Assembly: GCA_964057225.1 (NCBI GenBank)
Contig: OZ059897.1
Span: 10,044,001 to 10,108,000, forward strand
DNA: 64,000 nucleotides
Direction: 5' to 3'
Source of the DNA: Auanema rhodensis
Taxonomy: Eukaryota > Animalia > Nematoda
Below are positions 31,597 to 51,217 of the stretch, piece after piece. Both the position numbers and the translations under genes were made by a program. Position 1 is the stretch's first letter. Each line of letters starts with the position of its first letter. Under the pieces are notes generated by a model. It saw only the letters and a program-made list of their open reading frames with translations, ran no database searches and was not told the origin of the DNA.

Positions 31597-32835
31597 CTAA
31601 GAGTTAAATTTCTCGTGAAGAAGGGAAATTGTGGCAGCCCACGAACGGATATCAGCATTTCGATTGTACTTCAAAGTCGGAATGTTGAAGTCATCGGCAT
31701 CTGTATTATTCATTCATTAAATATAAAAAGAACTGTCGTTGAAACATACGAGGTTCAGTGAACCCATGTACAGCATTTCCGTATGAACAGAAAGACCAAT
31801 CAGATTCGCGTTCTCTCATTTCTTGCGTAAACGCCTCTATCTATAAAAATTCAATAACGCATTATGCCTATTAAATTAGTTGAAAAACAATTAAGTATAT
31901 TAAAAATTAGTTTACAACAAAGGTATTACCGATTCTTTAGTTATGTGCGAGTCGTCTGCACCATGATGAATCTTAAAAATTTCCAAGCACGTTATAGTGT
32001 GTGAGAAAAAAACAACCTGTATTGTTGTAGGGAAACTACTTCTTTCAATTCCTTCCAAAGGAGTTAAAGTTCCGTGATAAGAGACAGCAGCCGATATTCC
32101 AGTCTGGTGACGGGCAAGATCTAAAGCACAGAGTCCACCAAAACAATAGCCAATTGCGGCAATCTAATATAGTTGTTAAACTTTTGTTTTATATTTTTAA
32201 AAATAACCTTCTCTACTGACACATTTTTCACGGATTTTAGTGCTTGTAATGAAGCTAACAATCGATCCTAAAATATAATTTAAAAAGAACTATTTTGTTA
32301 ATAAAAATTACAACTTAATAATGCTTATGCATAATTAATTTAAACAGAACTATTCATAGAGAACAGTAGTGCTTATGAACTAAATATTCGTTCTTAATTA
32401 CTTGAATATATATTTAAAAAATATGGATTGTGCAAGCCTTATTCACCTTTAAAACCGTTCCTCTAACACCAAGTAAAGGTCTAAGAAGAGCAAAATTTTC
32501 TTCAAGCGTTTTTCCGCGTTTTCCTTTGCCATAAACGTCTGCAGCTAGAGCAACATATCCAAGCTAAAGGTTATGTATGCACTGTAATTTCTTACGGAAA
32601 GTTATACCTTGGCTAGTTCAAATGCTTTGTTTGCTTCAAAATCTGAGCAACCTCCGAAAGCATGGAATACTAAAACGCCTGGTGCTTTGTCGCATTGATT
32701 TCTATATTGATAACGATAAAATATATTTCATAGCAACTAAGAAAATTCTTACTTTGGGATGCATAGAACACCTTCAAATACATTTCCTTCTTGATCTTTA
32801 TACTCAAAACAGGATTTTTCTACTTCAAAAACCAT
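31597..32835 (-). CDS. dlhd-1: Dienelactone hydrolase family protein
   Basis: GYVALAADVYGKG, nucleophile motif IGYCFGG, YHG, HHGADD (Asp) and AVHGFT (His); a TTTTCAG acceptor lies just upstream of the ATG. Confidence 0.88.
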
Positions 32836-33083
32836 CGTTCTGAAAAAAAAAGAATTCGAAAACATGAACAAACAGTAAAACGAAATATGAGCGCACATAT
32901 TGATCATCATTGCGAATGATTGATAACAGACCAAGCAGTTTCATCGTAGTAATCAATAAAGATTTATTTTATATTTATATTCTTTTTAACATGGTTATCT
33001 ACTAAATAATGTACAATTGTTGATATAAACATTGAAATCGCATGAAAGTTTAGTACAGAACGCATTTCTTTTACTTTCGGAAC

Positions 33084-34144
33084 CTAATTAGGTTCACATT
33101 CCACAGGAGGATCGAAAGCTGAGTAATCAGGAGTCTTTGGAGTCATCGTATCATACGAATATGATATCTGATACATACGAGAAATATTAGAGGAAATGAA
33201 GTAAGTGTCCCAACCCAACAATGCGCCTTCAATAATATTTAGTTTGATTGTATTTACTATTTGCCTTACCAGAGTAAGCATCAGAATAAGCTGTCACCAA
33301 AAACGCGGTTTGTTTGGTTTTCTCTAATATAACATCCGTTGGATCTCCATTATATATAAAAACTTTTGCATGATTGTGCGTAGATTGCTGAAAATTTATC
33401 ATATCGAAATACTTGAGAATAGTAATGTTAACTCACAAAAGCAGAATGTTCTCTTGTTAAATTAGCCAGACCCAGACGGTCAATATATGTTTTGTAAGAC
33501 ACTGTCCGATCATCACGGCAATGCTACAACTATGAAAATCAAAAGAAATAAAAATACAAACTCATACAATGACATCACCATATTTATTATATCGTACCCA
33601 ATATGTATGGGTCGGATAGCAAAAAACGGTAGTTTCATTATCCTTACGATGTACTAAACGCTTATTCTTATCATCTTGAACCCAGAATGAAGGAAAAGTT
33701 TGCGGATCCGGAAAAAAAAACATAAATTTGATTGATTTGATAGATATAAGTACTTCTAGGGTGTTATTTATAGAATCAGGCACCCGAAACTGAACAGAAT
33801 AAGTTCCATCTCTCAACGAATATTCATCAATAAAAATATTGAATTCGGTTGAAGTGTTACGGATTGTGCCGTTATAAACGCCAGCCTCTCCTGAACTTCA
33901 GCTACTTTAAATAAAACGAAGTTGTGATATCACCTTTCTCAAAAGACCAAATTAAAGCTCCTGAACATGCTCCAATTACAATGACACTTACAAATATACG
34001 TGCAAGAAGACCTTTTAATCTGTCATTAAAAGTTAAAAGAAAACATTATTTCGATGCCTACCTGTCAGTACAATTAGCTACCTCGATTATTTCATACGAA
34101 AGCTCTGAATCAAGACTGTAAGCACGTTCTTTATGCTCTTCCAT
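33084..34144 (-). CDS. Uncharacterised type II single-pass membrane protein
   Basis: Hand-spliced: short N-terminus, TM IFVSVIVIGACSGALIWSF, beta-rich ectodomain with several N-glycosylation sequons, ending ...TPDYSAFDPPVECEPN*. Confidence 0.75.
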
Positions 34145-34368
34145 ACCTTAAATGGCTAAAAAAGCAATGAAATGAAACGAGCAATTAATGATCGATTACC
34201 AGTGGCAGCTTCTTAAATCATTGATAAGAAGACCATGTTCTCATATGCGTCAAGCATAGATTCTACCGTTTTGATTACAAAAATATATATGTCACATAGT
34301 TTACTTGTTCAAATTTGATTATTTCTTATTCAGCAAAGGAAAACTGTAGAAAATTTTATTCAACGTGA

Positions 34369-35097
34369 TCATGGCTTAAATACAGAAGTTCTATAAAATT
34401 TCAATTCATTGATACTCTCCCGAATATCGTCAAGAGCCCTATGTGTCATTGCTTTCGCAGGAGCTTTTTGCAACTCATCTGGATGCCAGCGCCGAGACAA
34501 CTGAAACACGATTAGAAGTTAATTGCAGAAAGATTAAACAGATAACCTCTTTTATTGTGCTGACATCGACTAGTCTGTAATGGAAGTGATTTGCAAGTCG
34601 TGGCATGTACTTGTTAATGAAAATTTTGTCCATATATACAGTATTTCCCGCAAGAGGACAAGTCCCTTGAGGAGTATGCATTTCTAAGAAAGAAAGAACC
34701 TGAGATAGGAAATTTACTTTTTTGATGGATTTTAAAGAAATTCCTACTTGGTTTTCGGCTTCATTCATGGAAATAGTACTTGACTTAATTTTTTCTAGAA
34801 GACCGTTTTCAGCAAACGTTTTTTTACACCAATCATCCATTTCATCCAAAACTTTAGCATCTTGATGAATTACAATATTAGGACCCTCAGCTACTATCTA
34901 ATAAACAGTTACTTAAAAATAATGTATGTTTCAAAATCCTGAATTACATTTAATTGATCATCGGTTACAATAGCTGCAATTTCTACAAGAGTTTGCTTCT
35001 CATAATTTAATCCTGTCATCTCACAGTCGATCCAAATAAGTCTATTTTTGAAGCTTGCAGTAGCCATTCTTCTTACACTAGTTAAAACACGTAACAT
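34369..35097 (-). CDS. REXO2: Oligoribonuclease (Orn/REXO2), DEDDh exonuclease
   Basis: [62 protein letters not shown]. Confidence 0.95.
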
Positions 35098-35456
35098 AAA
35101 CTAGGATACTGAAATAAGCCGAAGAATAAGAATGCAAACATAATAAATTCTTTGAACTGAACAGAAATTTGGCATAAGTATTCAAAAACTTATTCATAAA
35201 AACACCATGCAGTTGATAAATATATTCTAAAACGTATTTATTATCGAATATTACAGTAAAAATGAAGATGGAGATCAAAAGGCGCATTCCATGCTTGTAG
35301 CAACGTGTTGGGGATACATATATGAGAAACAAATACTTTGTTACAATGTGTACAAATCTTATTAGCAAGAGTACCAATACATAATTCAATATATACGAAA
35401 TTATAGGATAGACTCAGAAACTCAAAATACTATTGTAAAATATAAAAGTTTGTTAA

Positions 35457-36779
35457 TTAAAAATTGGTTGTTATAGGCATCCGACCAGTTTCAAGTAAAG
35501 ACTCTATTTGAGCTTTCGCCAGAGCTCGAGCATGATCAGGCAAAGTTCTTAAATCAGAAACCGCAGAAGCAGCAAAAGCACTATCTCCGTCCAATAGAAC
35601 ATCACCCCCGCTAGGATTTCCGCCTTTGATACCATATCCTAACCCCGAACTATGATTTAAATAATAGTTATTATAAAAAGAAACGCAATACTTACTCCGC
35701 TCTTACAATTTCCTCCATATCAAAATCTGATAAAGTTTCGGGCTCCTGTTTCCGTTTTACATGTCTGAAACGCTCATAAAATAGTCAGTGATTATCCAAA
35801 ATACTTACTGAGCCCTATCATCTAGGTAAGGATCCATCCATGTCATATTATTATACAGATCCCAAGTACTTTCCTCTACGATTCCCCTTTCTCTTTGTTC
35901 TCGTAATCGTCTTTTTTCCCTAACATATCGATCCCGCAACTTCTTCCACTGTTTATAAATTGAATTTACATCTCCTGAAAATGAAAAATAGAAGAATAAT
36001 TTTCTAAGATATATTACCAGGATAATTTAAATTTTTTATTACTTGATTCCATGCTTGATTTCGGCACTCGGCATGTCGATATTTAGCATCTCGTATATCA
36101 AATAAACATGGGTGTGAATGAACTTCAGCTATTAAATTAATCCCAAAATTTGGGTCTGTCACAACAACTTGCTAAAAATAAAACCATAAGTAATTTTTTA
36201 ATTGCCCAGAATTACCACATCTTGGTTTTCTTTTCTGGCCGGTGAACCATTACTTGAACGATCTACCATATGAGGATCTAGAAAATGTAAATGCTTGAAA
36301 TATTGCCATGTGCTTTGGTCGTTTTGGTAGCGAGCTTTTCGCTTCTCTTTTCCATATCTAGAACAAGATGTATTGCTGAGATATGCGTTTGTTTTATACT
36401 TACTTGTCCCTAAGTTGTTTCCAACGAGCATAAAGTGTACGTGCGTCGCCATCAAAATTTAGAACTTGCACAAGTCGGTTCCAAACCTGTGTTATTTGAC
36501 AATTTATGAAATAATAAATAATCCAGAAATAAATAAATAAATGCAACCGTTCAATGAGTTCGAGAGATAATTGAAAAATAGCAGGAAAACTTACTTTGCT
36601 CTTATATTCGGAACTTCGATATTGCCTATCCGTTGAATCATACAAACAACGACTATGCTTAACTGCTTCGATCAAGCGAAGATTGAAAGTGGGTTCTACA
36701 TGCTCTTCAAGGCGATAACCCGTTGATCTGCATAATAATACTAATAATAGTAGCAAAAATACATTTATACTTACAGCAT
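35457..36779 (-). CDS. Transcription factor with two MADF domains and a C-terminal BESS-like helix
   Basis: FNLRLIEAVK..RCLYD...W......RWKQLRDKY and a second LIAEVHSHPCLFD...AW...QWKKLRDRY; C-terminus DGDSAFAASAVSDLRTL...AKAQIESLL. Confidence 0.85.
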
Positions 36780-37520
36780 AGGGGACCCAGATCGAGCGTA
36801 TGACGAAATTTTTCTATGAAAATAAAACAACAAACAAAAAATGAGATGCTAAACGCTAGCAAGTAAGCTTAATGATTATAGTAAATTTAAATTCCCAGAA
36901 ATATGCGCTCTAGTAAAACTATTAACCGCGTCGCTGTATCTGTTTATGCTAGAAGGGTGCGTCAGCAAAATCGCTGTAGGACCAAATATGCAATTTGTCT
37001 GCGGTGTCTATAAATGCAAATCAACATAAACAATTGTTTTTTCTATTTTCTTAAAATATCATAAAGAATAAACTATAACATTGTAAAAAGTAAATTTAAT
37101 ATTCAAGAATACCAAGTTTTCATTGGAAATAATATCACAATTTAATGAACATGAAATTAAAATTAAACCGACCCATTTTGGTATGTGATAAGTGTAATGA
37201 ATAATTAAAATTATGAACGCCAACATACAAATCGGACCTTATCTATCTTGTCTTAATACAACATGATAAAGCTGCGAGGGAAAGCTCGATTAAATCACTG
37301 GACCAGATACAAAAGGGAACCAAAGAGACTAGCATAGTTCTTGTAAGAGAAAAGAACTAAGATATTTGATTAAAACAAGATTACAGGAAGACAATAAAAA
37401 GCTATTTTACATTGATAAATATACAATATGTAAAAACACTAGAATATAATATATACTGAACTAAAGTGATGTTGGCTAGTCATGACATTTTAATTGTAAG
37501 GCAATTTCGACAACATGGTA

Positions 37521-43044
<5,524 letters not shown>

Positions 43045-46000
43045 TTGGAGTCCTCCAACGTTCACAAGCTTGGTACAGTTCTGCTTGTAACTCTATTAGT
43101 TGAATTAATGGTTGAATATGTGTAGACACGTATATATGAACGTCAATTGTATTCTGAAAAACATATTAAATATAGTATATAACATATAACATATATTATT
43201 ATAAATGAACTAATAATAATATAGAAAATATTATATTGAATGACCATCCATTCATCAGGGCAGAATGAAAGTGGAGGAGGGAGAAGAGCAAAAAAGGGGC
43301 GGGGTCAAAGAGGAAAAAGAACAAATGAGAGCGAGGAGGAAAGAAAAAAAGCAACAGGTTCAGGAATTTTCATTACCTTTCAGTGCCAATTAAAAAATCA
43401 GCTGAAATAGTAATCCTATCTTTCAAGAGAAAAAGTTAGTAGTTATGGAAAATCAGGTACTGAAAATACCAATAATGTCGAGAAACTTGTCTGTTAAATT
43501 CCGGATTGTGTTATAAGCATGGTTGACGACTTTAATGGGTTTGTGTTGTGTGATAGAAAATGAAATATCAAAAATAAAAAAAATCTAACATATCTATAAG
43601 CATATTGAAGCTGAAAATAGAGTAGCGAATAACTAGAATAGAAATATAATATACTTCTCTCATAATACAATTAGTTCTAGCTGTGCAACTCAATGATATA
43701 CCTTTGCTAGAAAGAAATATTATTTGGAGAAGTCCGAAAATAATGCTATATGGAAGTTAAAATACAAAAATAGAAAAAACAATTGAAATTAATGATATGC
43801 GAGCTTGCTGCTTGCTTAACAAGAAATTCCTGTATATGAGTATATTTGAGAGAAATTGTGAAGCAGAACGGAAAAATAGCATTTGGTTGGCAAAAATAAA
43901 AAATCTGGAAAGCACAAGAGAAGAAAGGAGGGAGAGTGAGAGTAAGAGAGGGGAAGCGATAGTATAGAGAGAGAGAGGGAGGGAAAGAAAGAAAGATAAA
44001 GGGAGGGAGAGATGAAAAAAGAACGCTGCGACAGAATATTGAGTTAGAATATAAAAGGTAGTTGAAATATCTATGAGTAAACCGGTAACGCCTGGTAATT
44101 GAGAATGGGCAGGTAGATTGGTGGCCTTGTATTGTGTGGTCGGCTGGTGTATGTGTGTGTATGTATGTGTGTGTGAACAGCCACCACACTCACAGTATAT
44201 AAATTTATGAAATAAGTGAGTGAAGAGTGAAAGAATGGGATTGTAGGGAGAGAGAGAGGGAAGAAGAGAAAAAGAGAGGGAGGGCGGCTGAAAAGAAGAT
44301 GAGGGAAAAGGAGATGAATACAATAGAGTGTGACCTCCTAGCCAGACCCAAATATGGATCGTGCAGTTCATATACGAAATGGAAGAGCACCGAGTCAGTA
44401 AAAGGGGAAAGAATACATTAAGTGAAGAGTGTGCGCATGCAATCCGATGACTCTGGTCTAATGCAACAAACTAGAAGAATTGAAAATGAATCGAAGCGAA
44501 AATAGGGAAAACGCAAGTTAAATAAATTAATTTCGTTACTCTGATCTAGTTGATATCTCCCAATCCAATGTTAGGTAACAGTTGGAATGAGTATATTCTC
44601 GTTCATGGGAAGAAAATATAGGAAACCAGCTGAATTTATGTTCAGTTTTATATTTTGTGTCCAACTAACATCCAAATATTATAAAGTATTACTGTGCGAA
44701 ATAAAATATTTACTGTATATCAAAACATATTTTTGCATGTTATATTAGGTTGATCACATGGTTATGATTAGGATGAGAATAGGATGATACGATTGTTCAT
44801 GATGGTATAGAGTCTAGTGTCGAAATTGCGATTCAGATAGGGAGGGAGAGAGAGAGAAGGAGCGAGGAATGAACAGAAAAAATTCAAAAAAATTCAAAAA
44901 GAAATAAAAGTTTAATTTATTTTTAGAACAGTTGTGATAGATTGAATGAGACAAAACTCTTCTTGAGACAGATTCCGAGTTGTCGAGCTGTCTGTTGTAG
45001 AGGAAATCGAAGACGAATAAAGTAGTCGAATAGTTCGTTTAAGAACGAATGTTTATTGTTGGAAATTGGAGATCTGTGAGAAGTTGCTGGCTCTTGTGCT
45101 GTTTCTATTGTATAGCTTCTTATTTGAAATGTTCGACAACTTTACTGAAATGTCGAAAAAGTGTAAAACTCTACATTAATTTTATTTGTACGTACTTTAC
45201 AGTTTTAAATTTATAAAGTTAAATATATATTTATAACTATACATATATATTATATATAATATATAATATTTAAGCTTAAATATATAGATATATACATATA
45301 TGTAGATACTTACATACATATGTATATACTCATGCTGTCGTCTGAACCATCCAACTTTTGACGCTGTTGTGCTCACAGATAATTAAAAGCCATTGTTATT
45401 TCGGTTGAACAAGAAGGATGATGACTAGAAACGTCGAACAAAGAATAAAAAAAAAACTTCTTTTATAACCGAAATACTATTTATGTTTTTGTTTCAAAAA
45501 TTAACTGAAAGATCGTTAAAATAGATTAGTTTTTTTAAAAGTACGTATTGTATTCGATGAAAATATAAAGTAAATGCATCAGAAGAAGAAACAAATTAAA
45601 ATTTCCATAGGAATTATATAATTTTTGAATTAATTTTCTTAAAGCCTTTAAAGACTATTTAGGTCTTATCTTTTTATAGAAGCTAATTAGGAAACCATCT
45701 TCTTACTCCACTTTATTTTGATGAAAGTCTCGAGAGAATTGGTCAACTATGGAAACAAATGCGTTTCGTATTCAAATGTATTTTATAAACACACATATTC
45801 TTAATATTACTTTCTTATATATATATAAAGAGAAAGAAGAGAGGGACACAAAGTTAAGAAGAAAAAGAGAGCAAGAGTTAGAGGAAATGGGGGAGCAAGA
45901 GTGAAAGAGAGAGGGAGAGAGAGAAAAATTATGTTGGAAGGGGGTACAGAGAGATAGAGAAGGATAGAGAGGAGTATACGAGGGAAGGAAATAAAAAATA

Positions 46001-49000
46001 ATCTGAAGCATGAGAACGAATTGACTTTGGTTGGCTACAGCAAATGTTTAGTCGCAAAACAAAGTATTTCAAGAAAAAGAAGAAGAATTAGAAGATGAGA
46101 AGAAAGTAAATTAAAACATTCCAATTTATTATTTGAATGGCGTTTAGTTGAGACTGATGATGCTTATGGAATTTCAAAGATGTCGTTGAAAAGCAGCAGC
46201 AACAGATACTGATGAATATGAAGTCTCATAAAGAAAACGAAGTCAATTAACATTCAACTGACAGCATTAGCTGAATTAGTGAAAATTGTAGCAATTATTG
46301 TATTGGATTCTTGAACACAATTTGCTAAAATATACATTTAAATGCTTTAACTGGTATAATTACTGTGCATAGTATATATGTAGTAAACTAAAATTTTGGT
46401 GAATTTGTCAAAAATATTGAATTGATGGAAAATTGCAAAGTTCGACGAAACCAATTATAATGATTGGAACAGATGTATCATCGTTTGCACATAAATACAT
46501 ATATGTATGTACATTTCAAATCAATTTTTGATTTCTTATAAACAATATCTATCTATATCTATCTATATGTATAGGAAAAAATATTATTTTTAAATGAAAG
46601 AAATGTGAAATAAAGTTGAAGCATACATGCTTCTACATGCCCATGCATAGTACTAACTGAACTGGGGGCATTTGTTCATAGCTTTAAGTTTATAAGTTTT
46701 AATAGAAGGCTTAAATGCTGGATTATAAGTCTTTCCTTAATTTCTGTTTATGCTTTCTTCTCTTGCTCACAAAAATAAACAATTTTTTCGTCATTTTTTA
46801 AAGAAATATTATTCACAAATTATAGGAAAAAGGAAGCAAACTCAGGAATGTTATGTATGAATTTCCTGCTTTGAAACGTTATATACGATTGTTTCTTTAT
46901 GAATAACTACAATCTAAATCAAAGTTATAAAACGAAAAGTGAATTAGTTAATATATATATATTGGGTTATTACTCGATCGTTAAAATGGTCTAGTTAATT
47001 AAATAAAAAAAAATAAAATAGTAAATCAATTTGCGAAAATTGCAAAAAGACTATTAAAATTAAATCCATTCACTTGGTAAAATTGAGAAAATTATTGGGT
47101 TTTTTTGAAAAGGAGCAAAGATTAATACAAATAACATATAAAGGGAAGTGGAATGAATAAATTTGCTGATAAGTAGCATTTAAAGCTGAAATTTAGTAGT
47201 TAACTGACTGAATTTGGAGGGAAAGTATACGTATATATCATTCAAGCTATATGTTGACGTGCCAGATAAGCTTCATATCAGAACATGTTATCGAGCGAAC
47301 GGTTTCATGCAACATTTGAGAACTTCTAGGAATCTAGATGGGTTTTAAGTTTCAGAAACAATGACATAGCGTCAAACTTTTTCAAAATGCTTTAAAAGAT
47401 AAGGATTGAAAACTAGTTGAAATTGATTTTTGGTTATTCCACCAATATCGAGAACACTTTTTTGTTAATCTATCTGTGACCAAGAATTCGTAAAGATGAA
47501 TTATAAGAATGTGAGAGACAGAGAGAGAGCAAGAATGGTTTTACTTTGCTGATGACGAACAATGAATGCTGCTAGTGAACACAAAAGTTAAAAAAAATGA
47601 ATTCATGATAATATGACTTTCTAATAATACATTGAAGTTTAAGGAAATAAATAGAAATATGAATATAAGAATGATTCTAATTCAAAAATTGTTTCATACT
47701 GAAGACGATCCGATATGCGTAAATGTATGGAGAGAAAGAGAAAGAGAGTGAGAGACCTTAATAGAGATGTCGTGGAAAAAAGGGAAAAAATGAAAAAAAA
47801 ATAATCGAAAGTTATGAAACAGCAAATATGCAGGCGTTTTCGTGTTCTGATTCAAAAATAGCTAGAACTAGTTATTGAACCAGGCTTTAACTGTTGCCTA
47901 GGACTCTAGAAGCAATCCAAGAAAGCATATTTCTAATTTGAAATAGAAATTTTTCTTTACTTATTACTGACGAGAAAGCAAGGAATAAACAACTACATCT
48001 ATAGCATTATTATTAGTATTGTGGTTTGAAGATTGAGAAAACGTTAAAATTGTTACAACCGGTTTCTGTTTTCAAACTTTTTTTTTGGAAAATTTAAAAT
48101 AGTTGCTGCTTTCTGATAAGCTTAAGTTATTCATGCCAACTAAATAGCAACTCAATAGGAAAGCAGGTGGAAGTTTAGAGCAGGTGTCTCACAGAATTGG
48201 CTGAAATCTCAATTTGTCGCAGTAGATTGAATTGTATTGAAGCATTAAAGCTTGAATTTATTGCAGTTTTTACTAGATTTTTAGGAGGAAAATTTTATTT
48301 TCTGATAAGGGTATGCATTTCAAAAATTTCAAGAAAAATATGAAAAGAAGGCGAGTAATATGTAATGAATGGTGTGAATAGAAAAGAGGGACGACGACGA
48401 CTGATGGCAAAAAGAAAAGAAATGTTGGTGATCTGTAGAAAGAGACAAGAAAATAACTTTCAATGAAAGAGATACTGATATGGGATCAAAAAAAAATTGG
48501 AAAGTTCCCCTTAGCAGCACAATGATGTCAAGAACGATTGAAATGGGCATAACAGACAGATCATTTAAGTGTTATATAAAGTAAATTTCAAAAACATAAT
48601 TAGTAGCTAAATATAAAAATAAATTTTTTATATTTTTATGAAAAAATATAAACAAAATAGTACTTTCTTATATATTATACATACATGTATGTATAGATTT
48701 TACAAAAAAATTCAAATTTTTCTGAAATATGAGAGAGAATGAGAAAAAAAAAACATTTTCATAGTTAAATAATATGTTTACGTCTATTGAAATAACATTT
48801 CAAAAAAATGATAATAAGGATCAAGTGAGAAGAGAAATATGAAGCTACCGTTTGACATGACCTACTAAATGGAAATTGGACAGACTACCATCATTTCTGA
48901 TCTGTATTCAGTTTTTTTTGTTGGCTTATCCTAATTGAAAATCTTCTCGTTGTTGTGGTCTCGGAATGTAGAATAACTACTTTATAGCTCTCTATCTGAC

Positions 49001-49705
49001 TTTTATCCTCACAACTAATACAGAATGTGAAACAATGGTTAAACGCATAAAACTTAATGATGCAGCCATCCGTGTTTGTTTAGAAATATTTTTACATTCA
49101 ATATGCTCTCATTAGAAACAATGCAGGTTATTAAACCTGAGGCTTGAATGAGGTGAATGAGTGATGGAGTGAGGTCTATAATCTGAAAATCATATTCGTA
49201 TATGAGTGTTGAAGACTGATTTGAACTGTTGATAACACAATATACACGAAATCCATATACATACAATTGCTAAAGGTGGGAAATCATTAAAGTTTTGAAC
49301 TAGTTTTTCATGGTCAAGTGGTCATTTGCGTATATTTTGTAGGGAAATCAAAAACTGAAATCATTGTTGTGAATACAATCAAGGTAATATTTTCTTTTCT
49401 CTTCAATATTACAGAATTTGCTTGAAAGCCCAACCACATAATCAGCAAAAATATGCAATTAACTATATAAAAAATAAAAATTTTTATTGTATTTGACTCT
49501 TATTCACAGTATATACATAGAGACATATTAAAAAACTATAAAATACAGATCAGATGTAAACATATTATGAAACGTGAATGTGACAAATCTGACATTAAAA
49601 TCAAAAATAATTGATAAATAAAATAATATTACAAGTTATAACTCCTGAATGATTTTCATCAATGTGCGTCATGCCTCATCTTCTTCGAATCTGTGAGCTT
49701 CAATA

Positions 49706-49731
49706 TGTGTGTGTGTGTGTGTGTGTGTGTG
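49706..49731. repeat. (TG)n microsatellite
   Basis: About 13 TG units. Confidence 0.95.
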
Positions 49732-51141
49732 AGTTGAAGTCTATTTAAAATATAATTTATAAATTAATATAATATATATATTTATATATATATATTCATC
49801 ATCATGTAATGATAGACTAAAGAAAGTTTGTTGATTTATTTAAAGTTTTTAATCTCAATGTTATGTATACATGTATGCTCCCTCTGAAAAATGAAGAACA
49901 AACAACGTTTGACTGATATCATTCCTGAAAACAAACATAATATTTTAATACAATATAGAGATTATATGAATTTTGGTCAGTAGATAATATGAAAACAAAC
50001 ATTGAATCAAATTGATCAGTTGATGTTAAAAGAGTCATGTAAAAGAAGAATTAAGACAAAAAGTAATGGTTTCAATACTTTTCACCCTCTCGTACTCTCA
50101 CTACAATCTTATCACTTTTCTTTTTTTTTCGTCAGTTCTTCCTCTTCTTTCCTTCTTCTTGTTTTTTCGTACCCCCTTATTGTTCTCTTTTCTACTCCTC
50201 TGTACCATGTCATTCCCAGAATGAGCGCTATTCACTTGAAAATCCCTGCTTCTGATTTTTCATCACTTCTTTTCCTCTTCTTTCAACTTATCCGATATCG
50301 GTCTCTTCTCCTCATTTTCGCCCCGAAACATCTGGTTCCTTGTTAGATGAAATTGACATTTCAGTTTACAGAGTCATGCAAAAGCCAATGTTGACATATG
50401 ATAAATCTATTTTGAACAGATTTTCAGTTAATTTCCAAAAATAAAATATGTTAGAGCTAGCCAAAGTTGATTTTTTTTTATCTGATACGCTTTCTAGCTG
50501 CATGTGTTTACGAAAGCCACCTTGATTTTACATTTTGATAAGCAGGATGTCTTATGATACATATGTAGATAGTTTCAATGCTTTGAAAAAAAACTTTTAT
50601 ATTTTCGGATCCCAAAATAATTATTTGAAATGTTGTCAGAAGAATATTCTAGACAGCTATTCAATATTTAATGTTTAACTTAATACAAAATTTGAATAAA
50701 GGATTATATGGATCATTTTGTTTATAGTTTTTTCATTTGTTTATAATTTTTTCAATTTCAAGTTCAACAAATTTTTGTCTGTTTCAAACTTTTTTTTATA
50801 ACCAAATTTTATATGTAAACGAAATGTTTTTTTCTTTATATTTTTTTCATTGAAAATACAAGAATAGATGTGTTATCTTGCATTTTTTTTTCAAATTTGT
50901 TTTCATGTTGAAAGTATTTGAGTTCAAATCCAACTTTCTTACAATGTATCGCATTCATTTTCCATGAAAAAAGTATTCATCAAATTTCAATATTTAATCC
51001 ATAGATTCCATGTAAAATGATGTTACTCCAATTATTTGATATTAATTAAAGTCGGTCAAAGGAAGTAATACATAGAGGGAGAACAAGCTAATGCGTAATT
51101 GAGAACACGCATGCCTATATACATATTTAGTATAGTTAATG

Positions 51142-51217
51142 TATATATATATAGATAGATAGATAGATAGATGTATAATTATATTAAATGATATATATAT
51201 ATATATATATATATATA
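51142..51217. repeat. Compound (TA)n/(GATA)n/(TA)n microsatellite
   Basis: Seen directly. Confidence 0.9.

Larger units (their letters stand above)
31597..36779 (-). other. Probable SL2-type operon: MADF - REXO2 - unknown TM protein - dienelactone hydrolase
   Basis: Four co-oriented genes with stop-to-ATG gaps of only ~360, ~225 and ~250 bp, and acceptor-like sites just upstream of each downstream ATG. Confidence 0.6.

Noticed and set aside
31597-32835. Bacterial contamination or recent horizontal transfer of the dienelactone hydrolase
   Set aside because: It has seven host-type introns and host composition, and homologues are known in other nematodes.
45742-45756. RFX/DAF-19 X-box-like GTCAACTATGGAAAC
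   Set aside because: Imperfect, and 2.7 kb from the nearest ATG; functional X-boxes are usually promoter-proximal.
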